DNA from: Candidatus Saccharimonadota bacterium
GTDB lineage: Bacteria; Patescibacteriota; Saccharimonadia; Saccharimonadales; UBA4665
DNA: 32,000 nucleotides
Direction of reading: 5' to 3'
NCBI GenBank assembly: GCA_002952755.1
Contig: CP025011.1
Location: forward strand, 780,001 to 812,000
Shown here piece by piece: positions 25,412 to 32,000 of this stretch. Position numbers and translations under genes: made by a program. The notes below the pieces were generated by a model. It ran no database searches and had not been told where the DNA came from. It was given only the letters and a program-made list of their open reading frames with translations. How positions within the stretch are numbered: position 1 is the stretch's first letter; the number at the start of each line of letters is the position of its first letter.

Positions 25412-26175
25412 CCACCCCAAAAAATATCATCAGTTTGGAACAGTTAAGGGGGAAAACGCCGCTTGCCCGCAGCAAAGTATATTTGGGCGATGCCGACCTG
25501 GCTGGCCACATCATTCAGCAAGAGAACAACGAGCCACTGGTCAGCTCCAATCTATTACAGCAAAAAGGATTGCTGGTACGTCCATTTTGGATCGACGAAC
25601 CAGACGACTTGGAAGGCAAAGCATACGCTACATATCTCAAGACGCACCCCAGCTTCAGCCTAAGTGTTCGCAAAAGTGTAGCCGAGCGGCTGCAGCAAGC
25701 GCAGCAAACCCTCCCAAAAGAGTGGCAAATTATCCTAAAGGCCGGTTTGCGCCCTTTAGAAGTGCAATATCAATTATTTGATGACGTTCGCACCTATCTG
25801 GGCCAGAAATACTCTGATTGGTCAGCGGCCGCCGTGCAAACAGAAACGCGCAAGCTTGTCAGCGATCCGCGCATTAAAGTACCGCCGCATGCCACTGGTG
25901 CTGCGGTTGACATTGAGGTGCTAGACCGCACAACTGGCAAACTCATAGACATGGGTGCCAGAGCCAATACTGACGGACCCACGGGTTGGTCGCACACTTC
26001 AGCGATATCTGCTATTCAGCAAAAACGCCGCCTCGCGCTCCTGAAGGCGATGCTTGCGGCCGGATTTGCCAATCACGCCTACGAGTGGTGGCATTACAGT
26101 TATGGTGATGCCATGTGGGCCATCTTCTACGACAAGCCAGCCACGCTGTACGACGTCTGTCGTGCATCCTCATAA
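25408..26175 (+). CDS. ddpX: D-alanyl-D-alanine dipeptidase, VanX/DdpX (peptidase M15D) family
   Basis: LKAGLRPLEVQYQLF, PPHATGAAVDIEVLD (His/Asp zinc ligands), GKLIDMG and FANHAYEWWHYSYGD are all collinear with VanX signatures. Confidence 0.85.
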   Translation: MTTPKNIISLEQLRGKTPLARSKVYLGDADLAGHIIQQENNEPLVSSNLLQQKGLLVRPFWIDEPDDLEGKAYATYLKTHPSFSLSVRKSVAERLQQAQQTLPKEWQIILKAGLRPLEVQYQLFDDVRTYLGQKYSDWSAAAVQTETRKLVSDPRIKVPPHATGAAVDIEVLDRTTGKLIDMGARANTDGPTGWSHTSAISAIQQKRRLALLKAMLAAGFANHAYEWWHYSYGDAMWAIFYDKPATLYDVCRASS

Positions 26176-26208
26176 ACTGTCGCACTTCAAACACGCATCT
26201 CTTCATAC

Positions 26209-26268
26209 GTCATGCCGGACTTGATCCGAAAACCACACGGCTGGATTCTGAAACGAGTTCAGGATGAC
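26209..26268. repeat. pair of short palindromic units bounded by GTCAT...ATGAC
   Basis: Unit 1 is GTCATGCCGGACTTGATCCG (26209-26228). Unit 2 is GGATTCTGAAACGAGTTCAGGATGAC (26243-26268), with an 8-bp stem ATTCTGAA/TTCAGGAT. The outer 5 nt of the two units are complementary. Confidence 0.4.
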
Positions 26269-26295
26269 AAAGGAGAGCGGCCTAAACTCCTACAG

Positions 26296-26324
26296 TTGCC
26301 AGCAAACGTAAAATACAGGATACT
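26296..26324 (+). promoter_or_regulatory. candidate promoter for trpS (TTGCCA-17 nt-GATACT)
   Basis: The -10 box ends 8 nt before ATG 26333, which implies a leader of about 2 nt. No SD is visible. Confidence 0.35.
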
Positions 26325-26332
26325 AGAAGACA

Positions 26333-27367
26333 ATGAAACAGATTATTCTAACCGGCATTCGTGCCAATAACGACCTTACCATCGGTAACTATCTAGGCGC
26401 TCTGCTGCCCATTGTCGATATGGCCAAAAAACGCGCCGCCGAGTACCAAGTCAACCTATTCGTGCCTGACCTACATAGCTTTACCACACCTATCGACCAC
26501 AGTACGCTCAATGCCCAAATCATGCAAAACTTGCGCATCTTTACTGCTGCCGGTTTACCGCTCGATCATCCGGACGTACACATTTACCGTCAGAGCTACA
26601 TCCCAGCCCACTCCGAACTCGCCTGGATCTTCGACTGTTTTACGGGCATGGGCGAAATGGGCCGCATGACACAGTACAAAGATAAGTCGGCCAAACTCAG
26701 CGAAGACCGCATTAGCGTTGGTCTCTTTAACTACCCAGTCCTCATGGCTGCCGACATACTGCTATACGGTGCCACATATGTCCCTGTGGGCGAGGATCAA
26801 ACCCAGCACCTGGAATTCACGCGTGATATCGCGCTACGTATGAACAGCCAGTTCGGCGAACTATTCACTGCGCCGCTACCCGTGCCCAAACAACACGAGT
26901 TCTTCGGTAAAGACCAAGGACTACGGATCAAAGACCTCCAAGACCCACGCAAAAAAATGAGCAAAAGCGACGAATCGGGCAAGGGTGTCATCTTTATGAG
27001 TGACACTCCTGAGGCCGCAAGCAAAAAAATTATGAGCGCGGCGACCGACAGTTACGGTGAAATCAGATTCGATACCAAAGAGCGGCCTGGAATCAGCAAT
27101 TTGCTGCAAATTCTAGCACTACTGGGAGGGCGTAATCAGTCGGTGGTCAATGCCGAATGGGAAGGCAAGTCATCGTATGGGGATCTCAAGAAAGCAGTAG
27201 CTGCAATTGCCAGCTCCTTCCTAAGTGACTTTCAAGCCCGCTTGTCACAAGTAGACGGCGAGCAGATTATAGCCAAGCTGGAAGCTAGCGAGCGCCTCAT
27301 GAACGAGACCGCCAATGCCACACTTCTCCGCGCGCAACAAGCAGTAGGTTTGCGTCCAAAAGCATGA
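26333..27367 (+). CDS. trpS: tryptophan--tRNA ligase
   Basis: Class I signatures as found in TrpRS: LTIGNYLGAL (the TIGN form of HIGH) and KMSKSD, plus the GEDQTQHLEFTRDIA block. 344 aa. Confidence 0.93.
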   Translation: MKQIILTGIRANNDLTIGNYLGALLPIVDMAKKRAAEYQVNLFVPDLHSFTTPIDHSTLNAQIMQNLRIFTAAGLPLDHPDVHIYRQSYIPAHSELAWIFDCFTGMGEMGRMTQYKDKSAKLSEDRISVGLFNYPVLMAADILLYGATYVPVGEDQTQHLEFTRDIALRMNSQFGELFTAPLPVPKQHEFFGKDQGLRIKDLQDPRKKMSKSDESGKGVIFMSDTPEAASKKIMSAATDSYGEIRFDTKERPGISNLLQILALLGGRNQSVVNAEWEGKSSYGDLKKAVAAIASSFLSDFQARLSQVDGEQIIAKLEASERLMNETANATLLRAQQAVGLRPKA

Positions 27368-28830
27368 AAAAAGTCCCGTTCTACGGCAACGCCCCGGATA
27401 ACAACCAGTGCATGGTTGCGGTCTACCGAATGGTCATGGAATATTTCCTAGGCACACAAATGAGTATGGCCGAGGTGGCTGACTTCGTCGGCTATGCGCC
27501 TGGCCAGGCCGTGTGGACTCTCGAGCCACTTACTAAGCTAGCAAAGATGGGCTTTGACATTCAGATGCTCGAGCCATTCGACTACCGGGCTTTTGAGAAA
27601 AAAGGTACCGACTATCTCTACAGTGCTTTTTCCAAAGAAAAGGCCGATTGGCAGCTTGCGAATACTAACATTCGCGATATAGCACCCTCTATTCCCGATT
27701 TTTTACATACAGTAAGGTGGGAGAACCGTGCCGCTTCTCTGCAGGACATCGACAACATGCTCACCGCGGGCCGTTTAGTGTCGGTGGCGGTTAATTCCGG
27801 CGTTTTGAACGGAACAGGGGAATACGCGGACCACAACGTGCTAATTATCGGGCGCGAAGGCAACAGTTATATCATGCACGACCCAGGCTTGCCTCCCGCG
27901 CCGAACAGACGCGTCCCCCGCAATGCGCTCTGGGAGGCAATGGGTGGCGACCACCACACAGCTGAAGTGACTGGTTTTAGGCTCAAAACCCACATCGGCG
28001 AGCGACTCGACCAATACGTAGTGAGTGTCCGGCCTCGACTGAGCCGCGCCTTTGCCGCCAAGCTGATTGGAGAAAAGAAGGTGCTTGTGAATGGAACACC
28101 CACAAAGGCTGGCTACCATGTAAAAGAAGGCGATGCCATCACCATCGACTATGATGAATCGGTGCTTGACGCCATTCCCGACATTGATCTGCCTATTTTG
28201 TACGAAGATCACGACTGTGTAGTTATCAATAAGCCTGCGGGTATTCTCACACACGCCCAAGGCGAATTCATTCCCGAAGCGACAGTTGCAACCTTTTTGC
28301 GTTCCCGTGCCAAAGAAGGAGTAAACGGGATTCGTGCAGGTATTGTGCATCGACTGGATCGCGCTACCAGCGGTGTGCTTATCGGCGCCAAAACGCAGGC
28401 AGCGCTTGGTTGGCTACAGCGGCAATTCGCCGATCGCCTGGTCGAAAAGACGTACTTGGCGGTAGTTAAAGGGCATCTCAAACAGCCCGAAGCTGTTATC
28501 GATATGCCGGTAGAGCGTAACCCCAAAGCTCCTGCCACCTTCCGGGTAGGTGCCAACGGAAAAGATGCCGTCACCCAGTATAAAGTACTCAAAGAGAACG
28601 ACACCGAAAGCCTGATAGAGCTACGGCCCCGCACCGGCCGGACCCACCAACTTCGTGTGCATCTTGCTCACATTGGTCATCCGATTGTAGGCGATCCGCT
28701 GTATGGAAATGGCGTCTACGGCGATCGCTTACTATTACATGCCTACAAGCTAGCGATAACACTGCCGGACGGCGAGCGCAGAACGTTTACCGCGCCGCTA
28801 CCTAAAGAATTCGAGGAGCACTTTTTGTGA
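27364..28830 (+). CDS. rluD: fusion protein: N-terminal papain-like (peptidase C39-type) domain, then an S4 domain, then an RluD/RluA-family pseudouridine synthase
   Basis: N-terminal domain: NNQC16MVAVYRMV...YADH157NVLIIGREGNSYIMHD173PG. S4 domain: ERLDQYVV..LSRAFAAKLI..VLVNG. Synthase core: VINKPAG, HRLDRATSGVLIGAKT, RTGRTHQLRVHLAHIGHPIVGDPLYG. One uninterrupted 488-aa ORF. Confidence 0.85.
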   Translation: MKKVPFYGNAPDNNQCMVAVYRMVMEYFLGTQMSMAEVADFVGYAPGQAVWTLEPLTKLAKMGFDIQMLEPFDYRAFEKKGTDYLYSAFSKEKADWQLANTNIRDIAPSIPDFLHTVRWENRAASLQDIDNMLTAGRLVSVAVNSGVLNGTGEYADHNVLIIGREGNSYIMHDPGLPPAPNRRVPRNALWEAMGGDHHTAEVTGFRLKTHIGERLDQYVVSVRPRLSRAFAAKLIGEKKVLVNGTPTKAGYHVKEGDAITIDYDESVLDAIPDIDLPILYEDHDCVVINKPAGILTHAQGEFIPEATVATFLRSRAKEGVNGIRAGIVHRLDRATSGVLIGAKTQAALGWLQRQFADRLVEKTYLAVVKGHLKQPEAVIDMPVERNPKAPATFRVGANGKDAVTQYKVLKENDTESLIELRPRTGRTHQLRVHLAHIGHPIVGDPLYGNGVYGDRLLLHAYKLAITLPDGERRTFTAPLPKEFEEHFL

Positions 28831-29705
28831 TCGACTCGCTCGTTTTACACGACACCACCAAGGAGCAGTTACTCCGTTTTATTGCCAACCCATCGCATGC
28901 TTTATTACTGAGCGGCCCCGACGGAATTGGCAAGTCATCCGTCGCCGAAGCCCTGGTTTCCACCATATTAAATATTGAACCCGGCAAGCTAGCCACCTAT
29001 CCACACTACAGCAAGGTAAGTGCGGCGCCCAACGCTAGTATCTCCATCGAAGCGATCCGCGAATTACAAAAATTCCTGCAGCTCAAGACCATCGGCACCA
29101 ATCCGTACCGGCGTGCCGTGTTGATCGAACACGCCCAGGGACTCACTACCGAGGCGCAGAACGCTTATCTCAAGCTACTCGAAGAACCGCCTGCAGACAC
29201 ATTGCTCGTACTTACTGTCGATAGCCCGCGGTCGCTGTTACCAACTATCTTGTCCCGCCTGCAGACGATTACCATAACTGTCCCGGGCGAAGCAGCTTTG
29301 CAACAACTATTCGCCGCATCTACTAAAGACAAAACAGTTCAAACCCAGGCCTATTTTTTGAGCGGCGGACTCCCTGGGCTACTGAGCGCCTTGCTCGATG
29401 ACGGCCAAGAACATCCTCTGCTACAGAGCGTAGCTACGGCCAAAGAAATTCTCCAGAAGTCTACCTTTGAAAGGCTGGCGCTGGTCGATGGGCTGAGTAA
29501 ACAAAAAAATACTGTCATCGGCGTATTGGCGGCACTAGAGCGGATCGCCCAAACGGGGATCCAAGGCGCAACCGCGAAGGAGGACGCGACGCGCATCAAG
29601 CAGTGGCACCGTATTCGTAAGTCTACATTAGAGGCCCGGGAATCTATTGAGCGTAGTGCCAACGCAAAACTAGTCTTAAGCGATCTATTTCTACAATTAC
29701 CATAG
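28827..29705 (+). CDS. holB: DNA polymerase III subunit delta'
   Basis: Walker-A-like GPDGIGKSS, then NAYLKLLEEPPADTLLVLT and LPTILSRLQ (SRC motif). The GTG start overlaps the upstream TGA. Confidence 0.85.
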   Translation: MIDSLVLHDTTKEQLLRFIANPSHALLLSGPDGIGKSSVAEALVSTILNIEPGKLATYPHYSKVSAAPNASISIEAIRELQKFLQLKTIGTNPYRRAVLIEHAQGLTTEAQNAYLKLLEEPPADTLLVLTVDSPRSLLPTILSRLQTITITVPGEAALQQLFAASTKDKTVQTQAYFLSGGLPGLLSALLDDGQEHPLLQSVATAKEILQKSTFERLALVDGLSKQKNTVIGVLAALERIAQTGIQGATAKEDATRIKQWHRIRKSTLEARESIERSANAKLVLSDLFLQLP

Positions 29706-29731
29706 GAGTTTCTCGGTCAAACTCGCCTCTC

Positions 29732-29759
29732 CGCAGCGACGGCCGTGCTCAGCGTTTTA
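29732..29759 (+). terminator. possible terminator after holB
   Basis: CGCAGC-gacggccgt-GCT(ca)GCG followed by TTTTA. The 6-bp GC stem has a 2-nt bulge, so it is modest. Confidence 0.3.
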
Positions 29760-29829
29760 GGGTAATGTTGTACACTTTTTCCGCCATTTCGCCCCAACCC
29801 GGCATTCATGAAGCCAACTCTCCAAACCG

Positions 29830-29940
29830 GACTTCCTCAGTAAATCCCAACCCGCGAATAGCATCCTCTTCCTTGTTACTTTTTGCCCCGCAAAAAGTAA
29901 CAAGGAAGAGGGAGTTGGGGTTGAGGACATGAAGGGAGTC
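29830..29940. repeat. 111-nt extended hairpin: 21-bp perfect apical stem plus two further helices
   Basis: All pairs were checked base by base. Apical helix: 29865-29885 with 29891-29911, 21/21 bp, loop CCCCG. Middle helix: 29845-29853 with 29918-29927, 9 bp with one bulge. Basal helix: 29830-29839 with 29930-29940, 10 bp with one G-U and one bulge. No U-tract on either strand. Confidence 0.6.
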
Positions 29941-29993
29941 TTGAGATGATAGAGGCGAGATAGCCATATACAAAGGAAGGGATAACGTAACCC

Positions 29994-30002
29994 TGCTACA
30001 AT
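29994..30002 (+). promoter_or_regulatory. extended -10 element (TGcTACAAT) upstream of the lipoprotein gene
   Basis: TGCTACAAT at 29994-30002, about 30 nt upstream of ATG 30034. The -35 element is weak. Confidence 0.3.
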
Positions 30003-30033
30003 AGACAAGCTAATGCACAAAAAGGGGGATTCT

Positions 30034-30657
30034 ATGGCCAGGAACATAAAAACAGCTGAGGGTCGTCGCTCTGGCGGCGTCACCTTAGGCGTCACGCTAA
30101 GCGCTACTGCCTTAGCCCTCACTGCTTGCGGTAAATCGTCGGCAGCTAAATCGTCCGGCGAGACACCCGCTTCAGTATCGACACCAGCCACATCGTCCAT
30201 CGTTTTTGTAGGAAAATCGGCACTACTACGTGTTTGCGACGGCTTCTTTACGCAGCAGCAGCCCGACGGCACGATAGAAGTTGTCGGTCGCCCAGCTGTT
30301 GATAAGACTAATTACCCCCTAGATGTAGAAACACAAAGAGAAGGCGGAATACAAGCCGAGCCGAAAACACATGAACCAGGCATAATTACGTGGTACGACA
30401 TACGCGGACAGTGGGTTAGCAGCGTAGACAAATTGCCATGTAACGACATTACAGTGCACAGCACTGAGTTAGACCAGCCTAATGGACAACCGCCTATCTG
30501 GGTTGCGACATCCAGCGAGCAGCCAGCGCCCCCGCATTGGGACGCTCTCGCGCTCAATCCAGCGCACTTCGGCGGAGTCGCACTCGACTACGGCCCTATG
30601 CCACAGCAAGGATTACAGGACACCCTTAAGCTAGCTGGGCAAAACTCAGCCTCGTAG
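30034..30657 (+). CDS. lipoprotein of unknown function
   Basis: The start is set 5 nt after SD AAGGGGG. The signal peptide ends in the lipobox LALTAC (..ATALALTA|CGKSS). The mature part has a Ser/Ala/Thr-rich linker followed by an unknown domain. Confidence 0.65.
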   Translation: MARNIKTAEGRRSGGVTLGVTLSATALALTACGKSSAAKSSGETPASVSTPATSSIVFVGKSALLRVCDGFFTQQQPDGTIEVVGRPAVDKTNYPLDVETQREGGIQAEPKTHEPGIITWYDIRGQWVSSVDKLPCNDITVHSTELDQPNGQPPIWVATSSEQPAPPHWDALALNPAHFGGVALDYGPMPQQGLQDTLKLAGQNSAS

Positions 30658-30726
30658 CAAATTTCAGGACAACGTCGGCGAGTACGCCTGGAAGCGAAAT
30701 ATGCATTAGCGCGATAAAAATGCTAG

Positions 30727-30755
30727 TTGTTATGAGCGCCCAAGGGTACTATACT
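30727..30755 (+). promoter_or_regulatory. candidate promoter (TTGTTA-17 nt-TATACT) inside the 5' end of the tracked TPR ORF
   Basis: Hexamers at 30727-30732 and 30750-30755. They favour ATG 30768 as the real start, giving an N-terminal TM helix MFELAIVGIFGLLAF. Confidence 0.4.
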
Positions 30756-30767
30756 AATTCGTACCAT

Positions 30768-31424
30768 ATGTTTGAACTAGCCATTGTAGGCATCTTTGGA
30801 TTACTTGCGTTCCACAACACGCGCACCCATGACGACGAATTTTTAGGCGCATCGCGTAAAATCGGTGATCGCATGGGCAAACTCTGGGATATTGCCCATC
30901 AGGGCATGCGCGAAAACCGCTTGCTTCGTGCCGAAAAAGCCTTGTTGACCATCTTAAAGATAGATGAGCGCAATGCTGCCGCCTACAACCGCCTAGGTAT
31001 TCTCTATGCCAAACAAAAAGAATACCGTGACGCCATTGACTGTTTTGAAATCGCCAGCAGCATCGAAGCCACGCCCTCAAGTTTGCATAACTTAGGGCTT
31101 ATTTATTACGAAACAGAGAATTACGAAAAAGCTGCTATCGCTTTCGAGCAAGCTCTCAAGCTGGAGGATTCGCTGGCCGCCCGCCACGTCGCCTACGCCA
31201 AAGTCCAGGAGAAGCTCGGCAACGAGAAATTAATGTTTCAATCTCTCGAAAAAGCCGTTGATCTGGAGCCTAACAAAGAAACCCTTACGCTGCTTCACAA
31301 AGCCTACCTCGACCGAGGCCTGCAAGCCGAAGCCGACATGATCGAGCAAAAACTCCATAAACTTATTGTGCCTGCCGGCAAGCCCAAGCGTATGCTCCGT
31401 CCTGCCAAACGTGTTGTAGTCTAG
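30768..31424 (+). CDS. membrane-anchored tetratricopeptide-repeat (TPR) protein
   Basis: TPR units AAYNRLGILYAKQKEYRDAIDCFEIA, LHNLGLIYYETENYEKAAIAFEQALKL and others follow one N-terminal hydrophobic helix. Alternative starts at 30720 and 30732. Confidence 0.75.
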   Translation: MFELAIVGIFGLLAFHNTRTHDDEFLGASRKIGDRMGKLWDIAHQGMRENRLLRAEKALLTILKIDERNAAAYNRLGILYAKQKEYRDAIDCFEIASSIEATPSSLHNLGLIYYETENYEKAAIAFEQALKLEDSLAARHVAYAKVQEKLGNEKLMFQSLEKAVDLEPNKETLTLLHKAYLDRGLQAEADMIEQKLHKLIVPAGKPKRMLRPAKRVVV

Positions 31425-31495
31425 CTTCTTCCAGGACTCCATCACAATAAGATAATTGTCACATATAAATATATATTGCGTAATATACGTGCACA

Positions 31496-31504
31496 TGGTA
31501 TTTT
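31496..31504 (+). promoter_or_regulatory. extended -10-like element (TGgTATTTT) 6 nt upstream of ATG 31511
   Basis: The spacing fits a leaderless start. The surrounding spacer is very A+T-rich. Confidence 0.25.
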
Positions 31505-31510
31505 CCTAAT

Positions 31511-32000
31511 ATGTCCGAAATTGATCCTGATTCTCCAGGCAGCACTCCCTATATTGCGGAGAGTAATGCTTCAGAAGATGTTGCGAGAATAGCTGGTAAC
31601 AATCACTCATATATGGAAAGAATACTAAATGGAACCAAGCCTCTTTTTCCTACTGAAGAGTTGACGACAATGGCTCTTACTGCACATACAGCCGATACCG
31701 CGCTAAACCATCTGGATACAGCCTACAAAGCGATTTTGGGTAGGCATTACTTCATTGACGACAGGGGTAGAATAAAGCCAGACTATGAAACATTGCCGCC
31801 TTCCAGCTGTATGCCGCTTGAATTCCTTAAAAGCGCATTTAGCGTGGCAATACTAATGCAATCTAGTAGGCCAGAGGATGTCATTTCCATTGCATCGTTT
31901 ATTGCCAGTGAAGCAAATACCAAAAATGTCCGAGCCGAGAGGCAATGGGGAATCGACTCACAAGTATATGATCTTGAACGCAAAATCCTCCTGGACGGTG
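31511..32000 (+). CDS. hypothetical protein, 3'-partial (runs off the window)
   Basis: My own translation from ATG 31511 (MSEIDPDSPGSTPYIAESNASEDVARIAGNNHSYMERILNG...) has no stop through nt 32000. It is absent from the ORF track, probably because it has no stop. No motif recognised. Confidence 0.5.
   Translation, partial: MSEIDPDSPGSTPYIAESNASEDVARIAGNNHSYMERILNGTKPLFPTEELTTMALTAHTADTALNHLDTAYKAILGRHYFIDDRGRIKPDYETLPPSSCMPLEFLKSAFSVAILMQSSRPEDVISIASFIASEANTKNVRAERQWGIDSQVYDLERKILLDG

Noticed and set aside
25326-25781. 151-aa alternative-frame ORF overlapping the end of the unknown gene and the start of the VanX-like gene.
   Set aside because: It has an Arg/Pro/Ala-rich, low-complexity composition typical of an off-frame read through real genes. 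Both overlapped genes have better support.
26212-26370. 52-aa ORF starting MPDLIRKPHGW, which crosses the trpS start in another frame.
   Set aside because: It is a translation of the palindromic repeat units and the trpS promoter. It has no SD and overlaps the trpS start.
26333-27367. Apparent absence of a HIGH motif in the tRNA ligase.
   Set aside because: TrpRS enzymes characteristically carry TIGN in place of HIGH, so LTIGNYLG is the normal form.
29830-29841. On the minus strand this reads GAGGAAGTCCGG, close to the universally conserved RNase P RNA CR-I/P4 motif GAGGAAAGUCCGG. It is preceded by a hairpin that could mimic P3.
   Set aside because: One A is missing. The motif is fully base-paired to GACTCCCTTCA within the local 111-nt hairpin. 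I found no P4 3'-strand (ACAGAAnCCGGCUUA-like) or other conserved RNase P regions downstream. A full-length RNA would also have to run antisense into holB. Only an Infernal scan could revive this.
29723-29959. 9-nt long-range complementarity (CTCGCCTCT at 29723-29731 with AGAGGCGAG at 29951-29959) that could close a 6S-like structure of about 240 nt.
   Set aside because: The left arm lies upstream of the holB terminator candidate, and about 100 nt on the left side have no partner on the right. It is most likely coincidental.
29757-30272. 171-aa minus-strand ORF spanning the big hairpin and the start of the lipoprotein gene.
   Set aside because: It is antisense to a plus-strand gene that has an SD, a signal peptide and a lipobox. 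It reads straight through the palindrome. Its composition (Cys/Ser/Pro/Leu-rich) looks like a shadow ORF.
1-32000. Search by eye for CRISPR arrays, tandem repeats, tRNA T-loop signatures (GGTTCGAATCC-like), rRNA, transposase/integrase genes and known defence-system enzymes.
   Set aside because: None was seen. The only repeat-like structures are the inverted repeats and hairpins reported above. tRNAscan, Infernal and a CRISPR finder would be needed for a definitive negative.

Overview
This is a gene-dense, mostly plus-strand window from what looks like a small bacterial genome. Many neighbouring genes have start and stop codons that overlap by 1-4 nt. I found no rRNA, tRNA, CRISPR array, transposase or integrase. 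The gene order, K/A/P-rich protein tails and giant polytopic membrane proteins suggest a reduced-genome lineage such as Patescibacteria/CPR (Saccharibacteria-like). That placement is inference only.

Layout:
- 3-2233: two overlapping unknown ORFs; the second carries a transglutaminase-like Cys-His-Asp core.
- 2296-8727: secY, then an orphan GHKL-like ORF where adk/map normally sit, then infA-rpmJ-rpsM-rpsK-rpsD-rpoA-rplQ joined directly to rplM-rpsI.
- 8791-10742: a glutamine-synthetase-fold (amidoligase-like) ORF, convergent with a minus-strand pair made of a receiver-only response regulator and a UDG-fold-like ORF.
- 10957-20412: a seven-gene, translationally coupled envelope-glycan operon (flippase, GtrB/ArnC-type GT2, GT4, CsaB-like pyruvyl transferase, two large GT-C-like membrane proteins, one small 4-TM protein).
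- 20513-24310: a small secreted peptide, a membrane-anchored FAD oxidoreductase, a HAD hydrolase (minus strand) and an RsmB/F-type m5C methyltransferase.
- 24443-26175: an unknown 322-aa ORF coupled to a VanX/DdpX-type D-Ala-D-Ala dipeptidase.
- 26333-29705: trpS, a C39-like peptidase fused to S4/RluD, and holB.
- 30034-32000: a lipoprotein, a TPR protein and a 3'-partial unknown ORF.

Most worth a second look:
- the papain-like peptidase::pseudouridine synthase fusion;
- the GHKL-like orphan in the adk/map slot;
- the unknown ORF coupled to VanX;
- the GS-fold ligase next to the receiver/UDG-like pair;
- two long, near-perfect intergenic hairpins of about 100 nt (20819-20919 and 29830-29940);
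- a 22-bp head-to-head region with overlapping -10 boxes placed for leaderless transcription in both directions.

All family assignments come from motif reading by eye. No database search was run.
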